64,000 bases of DNA from the NCBI GenBank assembly GCA_946965045.2, contig OX337231.1, forward strand, positions 2,666,001 through 2,730,000, written 5' to 3'. The notes under the pieces were generated by a model. That model saw nothing but the letters and a program-made list of their open reading frames with translations. It was not told where the DNA came from and ran no database searches. This DNA is from Epithemia pelagica. Taxonomy: Eukaryota; Protista; Bacillariophyta. Of this stretch, positions 11,223 to 22,955 are shown piece by piece (positions within the stretch are counted from its first letter, which is position 1; each line of letters starts with the position of its first letter). The translations under genes and the position numbers were made by a program.

Positions 11223-14200
11223 TTATTGCCCCATTTTGGTAAGTCGTATGCGTGGATTTTTTCCATCGGAATAAACCCCCATGGAAGACGACGAAGAGGA
11301 AAGCGCCGGTGGTTGCTGCTGCTGCAAGGACGGTGCAGCGGGACCAGTCCGACCTGGACTGGTGAGGGAGGAAACTCGGCGTTGGGATGGAGACGGTGGT
11401 TGTTGTTGCTGTTGTTTGGGAGAGCGAGACGGTGTGGAACCCAAAGTACTGCCATGATTGGGCAAGGGGAGACCTCCTCCACCACCTCGAGCAACCAAGG
11501 AAAGTGCGGCCGTTGTAGACGACGAGGATGACAAGGATGGTGGAATGGACGTTGGATGAGATCCAGTACCCGCATAAGGGTAATGACTCCGTCTTCCTCC
11601 TCCACCACCAGAGCTACTGCGCGGTGACATGGAGGCAGCAGTCGGCATGGTTTCGTCGTCGGGGACATCCATGTTGCTGCTACTAGTATTCGTATGAGTT
11701 GCGGAACTGCCATCGGGAGGTGTCCGTATCATCAAAGGACCAACGGATGAGCCTCCTCCTCCTCCTGGTTGGTCGGGACGCGGACGATCCATCAGTTCCA
11801 TTCGTTGCGCTCGAACTTTGGCATCGTCATGTTGCACCATCACATCGTCAAACCGTTCCAACAATCGTTCCAAGCTCAAACCCGTCTTGCCCACAATCGA
11901 GACGTCACTGTCGTCCAAGTTGTGGCTATTGTTGCTGTTGTGCGAATTGGGTGTGTTGCTGTTGCTGCTGTTCCCATGAGCATGATGATTGTTGTTGGAA
12001 GTGGTCGTGTTGTGGAGGCTTGGATGATGAAAGGGAGGCGATGAGCTGGTGCTGGTGCCGCTTGTCCCCATGATACCAGTGACCAATTCCATTTGACTGG
12101 TATTGTTGTGCATTCCCAATAAGTTGTCTCGTAGATTGCAAACAGTCGTTAATCGTGCATTCAGTAACCGAAAGGCATCGCCTTGTGGCAAACACATGAG
12201 CAATCCATAAATGGATTTTAACAAGGCGGCATGATGTGGCGATTCCACATCCAGCAATTGCAATCGTAAATGAATGAAAATGGGACTTTCCAACAGTTGG
12301 ACCAACTTGTCAATTTGCATCAAAAAGCCGACTGTCACATCCGTCATTTCGGAAAATCGTTTCACTAGCGCAAACGACAAGTCATAGGCCCGTGCCAAAA
12401 GGCAGAGAGCCAAGGTTGAGACGGGATTGTGACACCAGCAATGAAACAAAGTGACAAAGACTTTGCGCCCTTCTTCCGATTCTTCTTGAAAACTCAAGGC
12501 CAAGGTCGATCGAAGTTCATGCAATTCCGATGCCGTTAACAAAATGATACTGAGCGTTTGTACCATGGTGCTAATAAACGTAATGGCACTTGCTTCGGGT
12601 GGTTGATCCGGTGCTCGTGGATCGCCGTAGGACGACAGTGTATCGGCCATGCGCATGTACACCGACTTGGCATTTAACAAGACACAGAGTTTGCGAATAA
12701 TGAGAGATCCCCGTGTTTCCAACAAGAGTCGATCCCGAGCAAAGAGATCCAAAATGGCATTTAACACCATTTGGGCTTCTCGTTCCTCGTCATCCTCGTC
12801 GTCATCCTCATCATCATCCTCATCATCATGATCAAAGGCTTCCTCGTCATTCCCCGCAAAACGTTGTCCATGTAGTACAGCATTGTATTTCTTCCGAGAG
12901 GCGGAGATACGAGAGAGCGCTTGCAAATCCAAGAGTACGACCGAATCACTGCGATCCGACAAGGTTCGCAACAGTACATTGAGGAGTGGATCGGTAAAGG
13001 CATTCATGTCGTATTTCCGTTTTTCCATGAGCATATTGATCCATCGTAAACAAGCCATTTTGGTGGGAACATCGTCCCCGGCCCCCAGTAGTTCTCTCGT
13101 CAATGTCTCCAACAAACTGGGCAATTCAAACGTGACGAGTGTTTTTCGTACCATGGCCAACATGACATTGTTGGTTCGTTCGGCGACGACCCGAATTTCT
13201 TCTTCGGGATCGGAAATGCAAAACAAAATGGCTCCCAAGATTTGTGAATGAAAGGGCAGAATGGCATCGCCACCGGAATAGGGATGATGAATAATTTCGG
13301 CCAACCAGGTACTGGCTGTCAAGCGATTCAATCGTTCCTTGGATTGACACTGGGCCACCAAAATGGACACGACCGGTCCGACTTCGACGACGGTACTCAC
13401 GGCCAATTCACTCAAAAATTCCGCCAAGGCCGAATCGGCCGCCTGTCGAATTTCCCGATTGGAATCACTCAACATGTTGAAGAGACCATCCAAAAAGTCG
13501 GGCAAGTAATCGAGCATGGAAATGTCGGGAATCCCATCCAAATACGTGATCCACCCAACAATCAATTGTCGAATGTACGGATTGGTGCGTCGGATATAAT
13601 TTTGCAGCAGGGGCAAGAATTGATCAATCCGAAAATTATCCGCTTCCGTAACAATGTCTTTCATGAGTCGATCCAACAAATTGGCACCATTCTTGACATC
13701 CACATCAACGTCGGCATAGAGTTTGGTCAAGCCTTCCCAAATATGACTAAAGTATCGATCCAAGACGGCCTGTCTTGCGACTTTGGCAATGTTGTAGAGG
13801 GATTCGCAGGCATAGTATCGGACCCGCGATTCGGGATCGTCAAAGCAATGCAAGACGGGTGGCAAGAGGACATTGAGAAATCCCCGCGAATGGGAATGCA
13901 ATCCAATGGCCGTGGCAGCCAAACCAACCAATCCACCCTTGCGGTAATTGGAATTCATACTGGTACAAAAATCCTTGCTGAGGACGGTAATGACGGATTG
14001 GATCATGCCCAGGTTGTTCGCTTCAATCAAGGACTTGATCAAGGCTTCAATTTCCAAGGCCGCATTCTTTCGTTTTTCCGTCGACCGATCGCCCAAACTG
14101 CGTTGGACGACCGGAGGAAGAGGAGACTCTATGGACACCACATGAGGTGCTTGTGGAACATGTGCTTGCTGTGGTTGTGGTTGTGGCTGTTGCTGCTGAT

Positions 14201-14846
14201 GCTGATGTTGTTGTATCGTTTGTGATTGAGGGGGTCCTGCTCCTTGCAGAGCGACATGTTGTTGTTGTTGTTGTGCAGCTTGTTGGGAGGAAGAATGATA
14301 GGGTGGTGGTTGAATGGAGGAAGCCGCCAAGGTGGGTGTCGTGTTGTTGTTGGTGGAATGAGAGGCAGCTGTCGAGACATTGGTGGTACTACTGGGACCA
14401 ATATAGGCAGTGCCATGCGGCTGATGATGCATGCGCAAATGTACCGGCGTCACACCTCCACCACCACCTCCCGATGGACGACGACCCGCTACCGTGTTGG
14501 ACGTGGACGTCGATGACGAAGGTTTTCCGGATGTGGTGGAGGAAGCATGTCGATGCGAGGATGTTGTTGTTGTTGTGGTTGGTGGTGGTGGATGCTGTGA
14601 TCCAGATTTGTGGGATGATGATGATACGGGTGGAATGGCACCTGGACCTGCTGATGAAGGATCCTTGGAATGATGTTGAGCCTTGGACGACTTGTGGCCG
14701 GAAGCTGATGAGCCATGATGAGAATTGTGCAAAGATGATGACGACGACGACGAATGATGATGGTGTTGTGGTGGTTGTCCTTGTCGTTGCGATTGCGACG
14801 ACGACGATGATGATGGTGGAACCTTGGATGCTTGTTGTTGTGGCAT
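11223..14846 (-). CDS. VAC14: VAC14, scaffold of the PIKfyve/Fab1 complex
   Basis: EKRKNAALEIE, NYRKGGLVGLAA, SRVRYYACESLYNIAKV, LLETRGSLIIRKLC, QIDKLVQLLESPIF, YGLLMCLPQ. Long poly-S/Q/H/G termini. Confidence 0.95.
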   Translation of the reverse strand: MPQQQASKVPPSSSSSSQSQRQGQPPQHHHHSSSSSSSLHNSHHGSSASGHKSSKAQHHSKDPSSAGPGAIPPVSSSSHKSGSQHPPPPTTTTTTSSHRHASSTTSGKPSSSTSTSNTVAGRRPSGGGGGGVTPVHLRMHHQPHGTAYIGPSSTTNVSTAASHSTNNNTTPTLAASSIQPPPYHSSSQQAAQQQQQHVALQGAGPPQSQTIQQHQHQQQQPQPQPQQAHVPQAPHVVSIESPLPPVVQRSLGDRSTEKRKNAALEIEALIKSLIEANNLGMIQSVITVLSKDFCTSMNSNYRKGGLVGLAATAIGLHSHSRGFLNVLLPPVLHCFDDPESRVRYYACESLYNIAKVARQAVLDRYFSHIWEGLTKLYADVDVDVKNGANLLDRLMKDIVTEADNFRIDQFLPLLQNYIRRTNPYIRQLIVGWITYLDGIPDISMLDYLPDFLDGLFNMLSDSNREIRQAADSALAEFLSELAVSTVVEVGPVVSILVAQCQSKERLNRLTASTWLAEIIHHPYSGGDAILPFHSQILGAILFCISDPEEEIRVVAERTNNVMLAMVRKTLVTFELPSLLETLTRELLGAGDDVPTKMACLRWINMLMEKRKYDMNAFTDPLLNVLLRTLSDRSDSVVLLDLQALSRISASRKKYNAVLHGQRFAGNDEEAFDHDDEDDDEDDDEDDEEREAQMVLNAILDLFARDRLLLETRGSLIIRKLCVLLNAKSVYMRMADTLSSYGDPRAPDQPPEASAITFISTMVQTLSIILLTASELHELRSTLALSFQEESEEGRKVFVTLFHCWCHNPVSTLALCLLARAYDLSFALVKRFSEMTDVTVGFLMQIDKLVQLLESPIFIHLRLQLLDVESPHHAALLKSIYGLLMCLPQGDAFRLLNARLTTVCNLRDNLLGMHNNTSQMELVTGIMGTSGTSTSSSPPFHHPSLHNTTTSNNNHHAHGNSSNSNTPNSHNSNNSHNLDDSDVSIVGKTGLSLERLLERFDDVMVQHDDAKVRAQRMELMDRPRPDQPGGGGGSSVGPLMIRTPPDGSSATHTNTSSSNMDVPDDETMPTAASMSPRSSSGGGGGRRSHYPYAGTGSHPTSIPPSLSSSSSTTAALSLVARGGGGGLPLPNHGSTLGSTPSRSPKQQQQQPPSPSQRRVSSLTSPGRTGPAAPSLQQQQPPALSSSSSSMGVYSDGKNPRIRLTKMGQ

Positions 14847-15362
14847 TGTAATACACTAGCGTCTGGATACCCTATCCCTCGTTATTGTTGCTGTTGTTGT
14901 CACTCCTCCGTCCTTGCCAAACCCCAATGACAAGACAAGAGATGCCACACTGTTCCACCTTCCTCTCTTCTTTGATGGTTGTCGTTGTCTTCAACTTGAT
15001 TCTTGAAAATTTGGGTCATGATTGTCATTGGAAAACCATCGTTTGGGGGTAAAAATCGGAGAAATCAGGGGTCCTCGACTTTCGCCCCAGATTTTAAGGG
15101 TCCAAATGCGACCTATGTATCAAACCTTCGACTATATGCGACTAAAACATATGCGACCAACCACGGACATCAACAGAGGAGACACCATGGGACAGAATTT
15201 CGAATCTAAACCATCATCAAGAGACATCACACGACGGAGAAGGAGAAGAGAGAGGAACCACGTTCCAAGACCATTTCCTCTCTTTCCTCTAGAGAATTGT
15301 TAAAGTGATCCGGTCTTTTGTCGTTTCATTGACAGGACAAGGAACCAATCGAGAATCGAGCC

Positions 15363-17309
15363 ATGAATGTCGATCAAGATCCATCACCCTTGTCCACTAC
15401 CGAACATTCTTCAGCTCGTGAGGAGTGTCATCACATTGGTGCCTTGTCTGTCTCGGAATTTCTCGACTTGTCGTCGTCGTCGCGCCTCCGAGAAGTACTT
15501 GAAAGCAGTGACCCAACAACAACATCCAATCACAGAGAGAACCAACAGGATCCGAATCGTTTCGCCGTCCTGGGATTGGTTCTGATTCATGGCTGTGGGA
15601 CACATGTACAAGCCGTGAATCCTTACCCCTCCTCCAATACAAATTATTCAGTATCTTCCTTGGATGCCCTTGTTTCCTCCTCCTCCTCTGGCGCGGCTTT
15701 GGCACGGTTGTTTCACTCGTGGTTGCAACCCGCCACGGACGGCCTCCATCCCTGTCATTGCATCACAGCCACCGTGCGGGTGTGTGAACACTCCCATCCC
15801 CACGCCTATCGTCAATTTCTCGGCGACGACAGTGACGACAAGGATGACTCGTCCACTCTCCCACCACCCGAATTGCCCGCCTTGGCCGTCGTGGCGCAAT
15901 GGTGCCCCCAACCATCATCATCATCATCATCATCGCAACCATCTACTCACACTAAACGCAAAACTGGTATTCGATATCTTTACAAACTATCGTCCACCAA
16001 ATTGATGCAATTGCTCGTCTATCACGTGCAACAACATGCACTGCAACAAGCAGAACGACAGTCATTTGTATCCTGGACGACCACAACTCGCATACCCTCA
16101 CAACCACCTCGTCGATGGATGCACGAGACTCTAACGGCCATTGCACGCGAGATTCCAACGGCCGTGTTTGAACTGGAACAGGAATTGAACTTTCCAATGG
16201 ACCTTGGTGGTTCATCGTCATCATCATCATCATCATCATCATCGTGTCTGAGATTGTTTGTGGCGGGAGACAAATCGTCCGTGGGCAAAACCAGTACATG
16301 TTTGGGCTTGTTGGGAACCTTGGTTCACCATTTAGGTTATGCCCCCCAGGAAGTGGCCTATATCAAACCAGCCACACAATCCGAAGCCCTCAATCAACCC
16401 ATTCAAGTCTATTGCAAGGCCATGGGCATTGCCGCTTGTGTCCCCATTGGACCACTGGTCTATTATCGCGGCTTTACCCGTGCCTATTTGGCCCATGAAA
16501 CAGCGTCCGCCTCTGAGCTCTTGCAACAGTGTGCGCACGCCGTGGACCGAGTCGCACGAAACAAACGCGTTGTCATTGTGGATGGAGTGGGATTTCCAGC
16601 CGTGGGATCCATTTGTGGGACGGACAATGCTACCATGGCCCAAGCCTGTGGATATCCAATCCTCGATTCCGCGTCAGTATCATTGCAGCGGCGAAGTCCC
16701 ATGGCTGTTCTCTTGGTCGGAGGAAGTGGAGTGGGAGCCGCCGTGGATTCCTACAATCTCAATGCCACCTATTTCCAACACAAGCAGGTGCCCGTTTTGG
16801 GTGCCATTTTTAATAAGTTAGCGCCCTCTGGATTCTATTCCTTGTCCAATTGCCGAGAACAAGTCTCTCTCTACTTTCAACAGCAACAAGAGCAAGAACA
16901 AGAGAAAGCTACGCCCAATGAAACAAGGCATGTACCACACGCACCACTGACATCGCTCTCAACTCGTGTACCACCACCCCGCCCCTTTGGATTTGTTCCC
17001 ACCTTCCCTGCCATTGGTCAAGGTGGACCGGATGGACGCACCATTCGTTTGGCTGTTATACAGGAATTCATTGACTTATTTCATTCTCATGTCGACGTTC
17101 CGGGGATTCTTCAAGCTGCCATGGCGCATCAACCAGCATCGACAAATGATGACAAACAAGGGAAAGCAAGACAACATAATATCCCCAAACGGCCATGGTC
17201 GCAGACTCGAGACCCTCTAATCATGGCGACAGTCCGGCTGCCACAAAAACGAACTCGAGCGGAAATAGAACAAGATGCCATTGAGTTTGGCGCAGCTCCT
17301 TCGGCCTGA
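15363..17309 (+). CDS. Protein with C-terminal BioD/Pta-N-like (AAA_26) P-loop domain and an unassigned N-terminal region
   Basis: FVAGDKSSVGKTSTCLGL, YIKPA, IVDGVGFPAVGS, LGAIFNK. Confidence 0.72.
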   Translation: MNVDQDPSPLSTTEHSSAREECHHIGALSVSEFLDLSSSSRLREVLESSDPTTTSNHRENQQDPNRFAVLGLVLIHGCGTHVQAVNPYPSSNTNYSVSSLDALVSSSSSGAALARLFHSWLQPATDGLHPCHCITATVRVCEHSHPHAYRQFLGDDSDDKDDSSTLPPPELPALAVVAQWCPQPSSSSSSSQPSTHTKRKTGIRYLYKLSSTKLMQLLVYHVQQHALQQAERQSFVSWTTTTRIPSQPPRRWMHETLTAIAREIPTAVFELEQELNFPMDLGGSSSSSSSSSSSCLRLFVAGDKSSVGKTSTCLGLLGTLVHHLGYAPQEVAYIKPATQSEALNQPIQVYCKAMGIAACVPIGPLVYYRGFTRAYLAHETASASELLQQCAHAVDRVARNKRVVIVDGVGFPAVGSICGTDNATMAQACGYPILDSASVSLQRRSPMAVLLVGGSGVGAAVDSYNLNATYFQHKQVPVLGAIFNKLAPSGFYSLSNCREQVSLYFQQQQEQEQEKATPNETRHVPHAPLTSLSTRVPPPRPFGFVPTFPAIGQGGPDGRTIRLAVIQEFIDLFHSHVDVPGILQAAMAHQPASTNDDKQGKARQHNIPKRPWSQTRDPLIMATVRLPQKRTRAEIEQDAIEFGAAPSA

Positions 17310-17518
17310 TCCGCCAAGTAGTTGCGAGCAGAAAGAACACACTATGTTGTCCTGAGAAGATTCACACCAAATTTCAACTGGTTTTCTCATGAATGACGTT
17401 TTCCACTCAAGCATCTAACTGTCTTCATTTGACATTGCCGGTGGAAAACTGAAAATACAATCTTTGTCTCCAAAAGACCAGTAAAGGATAAGCCATCTGT
17501 AGATACCGAGACAAGGTT

Positions 17519-18790
17519 TCATGACCTTGTGTTGTTGGTTTGGACATTAGTTTTGTTGCTTTTACCTGGATTGATAGACCGAGGTTGATGCAGTCGTTCC
17601 TTGACCTCAGACAAGGCATCGTATTCGGAATCTTGTTGGACAGCACACTGAAACATGTCTGCTTCCATAGTCGTGCCCTGCACAAACATGTATCCATTGC
17701 ATTTATCTACCTTGGCCAAAACGCGTCCCACACTGGCCGCATTGGATATATCCAAGGTGGAAAATTGCAACAATCCAAAATCTTCCACCACTTCGGCCAA
17801 AGATTGATACAATTTGTTATACTTTCGTTGTAGTTTGGAGGATTGTCGGTTCCGTCGAGCTGTCTGATACGCGACATCATCCGCCACCGCCAATTCATCT
17901 TCTTCATTGTCTGTCACTCCACCAAGTGCGGTTTCTTGTTTCAAAGATTGGTCCAGAAATGGCAACAGACGATCTAAATCATGACATTCGGTATAGTATT
18001 CCAACTGAAAATCCAAGGCGTGATGATTGTCATCCCCTCCTCCTTCATTGTCCTCCTCGTTCAAACCAACATGGTTCCCCATGAGCAAATCAACCTTGGA
18101 CAGGACACTCACGGTTGGAAGTTCCAATCGTAACAGTGTGGTGGTCCCCAACAGAGCAGCCGACAAGAATTTACTGGCATCGGCGCAATAGTGTGCATCA
18201 ATCAATTGAACAGCCGCCAAGCGCAAGTCCAAGACACGCATCAGTTTGTGCAATAGATTCTGCACGCAAGTGGAATGTGTATACAACTCCACTTGACCTG
18301 GCAAATCCAGCAACAAATAATAATTGGAATCAGCATCAGGAGAATTTTCCGTCGACGAAAATCTTTGGTTCTTTGGGTCGTTCTTGGATTTGGGTCCAGA
18401 TGCGAGTCGCTTTTGAATGAGATCGACCACCTCATCGACATGTGTTTCCAAATACTCCATGCAATATACTAGGCCACCGTTGGGACCCAATCCTGTGTCT
18501 TTCATGACGGATGTTATATTGATCACTTCTTCACAAACATCAAATATCGTTTCATAGGGAAGGATCCGATCATCCTCTTTGTGTGGTTGTGTTTTGGCTG
18601 GCAAGTTGGGTGGTTGCAAGGCGGAGATCCGTTCATTGGCCGGATCCAAATTGATGACCCATGCATTCCGTCCTAGTATTCGCATATATTGCTGCAGACC
18701 GTTGCAATAGGTTGTCTTGCCACTTCCTGGAGGACCGACAACCACCTGTCCATACATTGGTCGACCCATGATGCACAGATGAGAATGCAT
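17519..18790 (-). CDS. GPN2: GPN-loop GTPase 2
   Basis: GPPGSGKTTYC, NLDPAN, GLGPNGGLVYCMEYL, DLPGQVELY, LSKVDL. Confidence 0.9.
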   Translation of the reverse strand: MHSHLCIMGRPMYGQVVVGPPGSGKTTYCNGLQQYMRILGRNAWVINLDPANERISALQPPNLPAKTQPHKEDDRILPYETIFDVCEEVINITSVMKDTGLGPNGGLVYCMEYLETHVDEVVDLIQKRLASGPKSKNDPKNQRFSSTENSPDADSNYYLLLDLPGQVELYTHSTCVQNLLHKLMRVLDLRLAAVQLIDAHYCADASKFLSAALLGTTTLLRLELPTVSVLSKVDLLMGNHVGLNEEDNEGGGDDNHHALDFQLEYYTECHDLDRLLPFLDQSLKQETALGGVTDNEEDELAVADDVAYQTARRNRQSSKLQRKYNKLYQSLAEVVEDFGLLQFSTLDISNAASVGRVLAKVDKCNGYMFVQGTTMEADMFQCAVQQDSEYDALSEVKERLHQPRSINPGKSNKTNVQTNNTRS

Positions 18791-19154
18791 TCGATGAGCT
18801 TCGTCTCACGTTTTGTTGATGGAGAATGGAGAGTAGCTATGTCTCTAGCTAAGAGGGTGGGAGCGTAGCTACCTTCTCTACCCATCCGTCCATCTCAGAT
18901 CCCTAGCTAGCCTAAGGTGTACTCCTACTCATGAAGAGTCTCAAGTCCCTTTATCTTGAATGGCGTTTCTAAACCCCCTCTAACTTGTTTAACCCAACGA
19001 AACTTTCGTTCCTCTAGTTTGTTCTATGTCCACGTATGGACGCTCCACCGTCGACCGCAAATGTAAGTAAAAACTGTTGTCTCTCTATCTCATGTCGTTT
19101 CGCCAAGCTGTCGCCAATCGTTGGAATCATCCCACCCATTGATCCCCCCGTGTT

Positions 19155-21013
19155 CTAAAAGACATAGGGAGAAATTTCCACATTGTCGGGCGCGGGGCGC
19201 GTACTGTGAAAGGCCGCAAAGTCCACCGTACAGGCCGACGCCAACGAGGACGATTGGTTGTTCGGTGCACGGTCCGATCGTTGCCACCAGGACGACCCAG
19301 AGTGACGACGACGCCTGTGGCGGTGACGTCCATTGCGACCACGGCAACACCATGCCTGACTGGACCGTGGGTCCTCGTCAACACTGGTCCGAAAAACACA
19401 CGGAACAAAGGAATGATCCCACGCCAGATCCTGTGGTGTATACGAATGTCGCGACTGGATAATGGCCCCAGTTAGCTCATCGGTGCCCTCCACGAGGACC
19501 ACAATCTCAGCTTCTCGATCACAAAGAAACTCTTGTGTGTTGGCACTTTCCAAAGCTCGGTCCACATGATTGCGTTGTTCGACTGGAATTGCTTTCCCTT
19601 CTACTGTAGTAGCCGTATTGGTGGTTACACCTTGGGCGTGCAACGCTCCCGAAGCATCATACCACTGGGCGGGTTGCGATAAAGGCGAAGTGGCGTCGAT
19701 GCGATGAACAATGACTTGCGGCAAGCTCATGAGCACTTGAGAACTCACTTCTTCATGAAGAAGTTTCATGGAACGCGTGACAAAGTGAGTTGTCTCTATG
19801 GCAGTTTGCACATGGTTGGGAGACGAGTGTTGCGGTTGTTGTGAGCCCGGAGAGCTGCCTCTTTGCGTTCCCAGCCTCGTCTTTGGTTGCTGCAACGGCG
19901 GAGGTTGTGGCCGTTGTACACAGTGTCGTTCGTGGCGTATACAATAGGCTCGTACAGATGCATCACGTAGTTGATGACGGCGAATTTCTCCGACTCGAAA
20001 CATGAGATACAAAACACCACCGACGCGCTGAATAACTGCCGTATCAGAAAAGACAATAGTCTTGCCTCGTTTGTGTCCTCGACTTATACGTTGAAAGAGT
20101 AACCCAATCGCCACGGCGTCAAAGGCAATGGCAGAACACGCTTGAGACAGTACCAAAATCAATGGCGTCCAGCAGCCACCAAAGTAATAGTCTGTACATC
20201 CGTTTGGCATAACCGATTCGAATAGGTGTACAGGAGAGAAAAAACACGTGAAGACCACGAGCAATGAAAGAAGAAAAATAAGCCTTCTGGCACTCTTGAT
20301 GTGCAAGAATGATTTGTCTTGTTTTACTGCAACGTACCGGATACCCCATACCCAATCGTTGTCATCGTAGAAAGTGAGAAATAAAGCGCTTCCATATGAT
20401 TTTTGATATCCATATCGCAGAAAGCTTGTGTCGAAGTCGTGCCGTCAGGATTGACCTCAATCTTTCTCCCCCACGTGGACACTCCCAGATAGACAAAGGC
20501 AAAGAAAAAAACAATTCCTGCATAAACCAAGAATAGAATGGCCATGAGAATAGCAGTTCGCTTATAGGCCAGTGCATAAAACCAATCATCCCAAAACTGT
20601 TTAGTCAACGTCAATCGTCGGCGAGAACCAGTTGGCAAAATGTGATCTCGAGTCACACTCCGCGAAATATGTTGGACTCTCCAGCGCCCTCGCGATTGAT
20701 TGAATGGAGCGTCTCGGTCCAATATTCGGGGACGATCTCCATCTGGTTGTCGACAACGAAGGAAGGCCAATGGTTCTTGGGATCCTGGTGGTAGATGTTC
20801 CATTCGCGACGATCCTCGCTCTTCATCATGTGCGACGGCATGGTCCTCAGTCTGAACGGTGCTCATGGAGGGAACAGCATTTGGCAATGACCAGACATGA
20901 TTTGTCATATTTTTCTCCTCCAGAAGAGGTTCCAAAAGCAAAGGATCCTCTTTGCGGGTAGAGTGGCCGTCCAGACTCAAGTGACCTGCTTCGACAACGC
21001 TTCGTTTGCTCAT
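19155..21013 (-). CDS. Inward-rectifier (Kir-type) potassium channel; intron 20192-20337
   Basis: TM1, pore helix ALYFSLSTMTTIGYG, TM2 after splicing (SDYYFGGCWTPLILV), and cytoplasmic Kir motifs IVFSDTAVI, LMFRV, EIVVLVEG, SRHSY. Confidence 0.88.
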
Positions 21014-21449
21014 TTGGCATCGATCTATTGTAAGAGTTGAATGCGTCCAACTTTTTATGGGGACGGTGATGCTACGGATGCATCCTTGTCAGTCACGTCT
21101 TTTTGAGAAAATCTCATCGTTGCATATTTTTAAGCACAAAGATCACCGCAAATAAAAGAGTACTACGAGCGATGAGGCGTTCCGACAGGAGTCCCGTTTC
21201 TGATATCTTGACGTCTTTTGTCTTCTGCATAGTATCTTTTCGACGGTTGGAGGTTGGAGTATACCCTGGTGATTCTGGTCGTATGGGATAGCTAAAAGGT
21301 CACACGGCTTATCGATAGTGTTCATATGCGTCCAATGTCAAACAAGACGCAGTATTTTAAGGTAAATCCTAAGTCAAACGTAAATGTGCCTCTTTGATAC
21401 GGCGGTACTTTGTTGGTAATGGCAGGTCGTTGGAGTTTCGGCCCGTTCT

Positions 21450-22886
21450 CTAGAAATCGACAATCACATCAACAGGCAAATGATCCGAGGCCGTGCATAT
21501 GTTAGGGCCGATATCACCTGTGGTGGCCGCGCCTGATACAGTGACATGTTGGTTGACTACGATAAAGTCAATGCGTGAGTCAAAGTTGTGGGAGGTACCG
21601 ACGTAGGTGTAGCCACGCTCCGGACATCCACCAGTGAGACCAGAATCACATGATGTGTCAGCACAGCAGGATGCATTACTTCCACAAAAGGGATTGGCTT
21701 CACGGAAGGCATCTTTGAATGCATGAACTGTCGAGCTACGGGAGTCGGCAGAATCCAGCAACATGCGCATGGGTCCATCATTCAAGCTGCTCCCGGACGA
21801 AGGTTCGAAACGGCTATCGTAACCAGGAAAACTGTTGTCGGTGTCCACAGGGGACACCGAATTGAAATCACCCATCAGGATGACACCATCGGATGCTGCC
21901 GTATTGGCGTCAATCCAGCTCAACAACGCCTCCATACTGTCATTGCGACGATCGTCGTTTTCGGTGCCACCGCAACATTTCAAGTGAATGCCAAAGACGT
22001 GGACAAGCTTGTTATTGCCCACGTTTAAAGTCCAGGCCATAATGTCGTGAGCCAAGTCGACCGCAAGAATTTCGTCCGTGAGTTGGGTCGTGCTAACAAT
22101 GGGAAAACGCGTCATGATGGCATTTGCAGAGTTGGCAAATGAAATCCCTTGAACAGTGTTTCCTTCATAGGGAGTTTCAGCTGAAAAGTGAGCATTGAAT
22201 TCGCTTACGTACTGGTCCAACAAGTCATCATTGTTGTCGTCCCAGTTTCCCACTTCAGTGAAAACAATAATATCTGCGTTTTCACCCTTGACCACGTCCT
22301 TCCAATCGGTGTTTTGGGTACTACCCCCAGCCAAAATGTTGTACGTCATGAGCTTCACACCAAGATTGGATACTGGTTGGATCGGTGCAAAAGTAGTGGG
22401 GGGTGAAGGTGCTACTGTAGGGATGGCAGTGGTAGGTACTGGAGGGCCTGCTGTGCAAGAAATTGTCTGTCCAGTGTTAGCCGATCCTTTGGTTGCTGCA
22501 CCAGGCGACTGCCATGTGAAATCTGTGGCTTGACAACCTGATCCACTGCGCTGTAAGGAATAACCGCCAGGTGTAGAAGAAGTTTCGCTTGTTCCGATAT
22601 CGACAGAAGTCATGCCACTCGCAGGGCCATTCGTAGCAGTGAATGAACCCTCATAACTCAGAAATTCCACAACATTCAACGAACCATCAACCAAAGCAAT
22701 TCCATCGGGGGCACCATTTTGGATCCCATTGGAGGGGTAATCCAGCACACTAAAATAGATATTGCCAGATAACGTTCCTGCACTTCTTGGGGTCCCGTAA
22801 TATTTCCCTCCAAAGCCATTGTAAAGATAAATTTGATAGTTTGTAATGTCCACCCCACTTGTGTAGGCCACTTCAATAAATTCACC
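21450..22886 (-). pseudogene. Lamin-tail-domain plus EEP (endonuclease/exonuclease/phosphatase) nuclease-like gene, intronless and apparently 5'-truncated
   Basis: GEFIEV...QNGAPDGIALVD (LTD), a Pro/Thr linker, then MTYNI, FTEVG, HLKCC, MGDFNS, RIDFIVV, SDHLPV. No ATG, signal peptide or LTD N-terminus upstream of GEFIEV. Confidence 0.75.
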
Positions 22887-22931
22887 GAGTGGGGTAGCAA
22901 AGTAGGCACGGGAGAATCTGATAGAGCTGTG

Positions 22932-22955
22932 CCCTAACCTTAACCCTAACCCCCA
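22932..22955 (+). repeat. Interstitial telomere-like hexamers CCCTAA-CCTTAA-CCCTAA-CCCCCA
   Basis: Read directly; followed by an approximately 150-bp AT-rich tract with TCTA repeats. Confidence 0.7.

Noticed and set aside
13248-14225. 325-aa plus-strand ORF (and similar ORFs at 14147-14851)
   Set aside because: Antisense shadows of VAC14 with no motifs of their own.
22932-22955. A true chromosome end
   Set aside because: Only about 3 imperfect hexamers, with ordinary genes on both sides.
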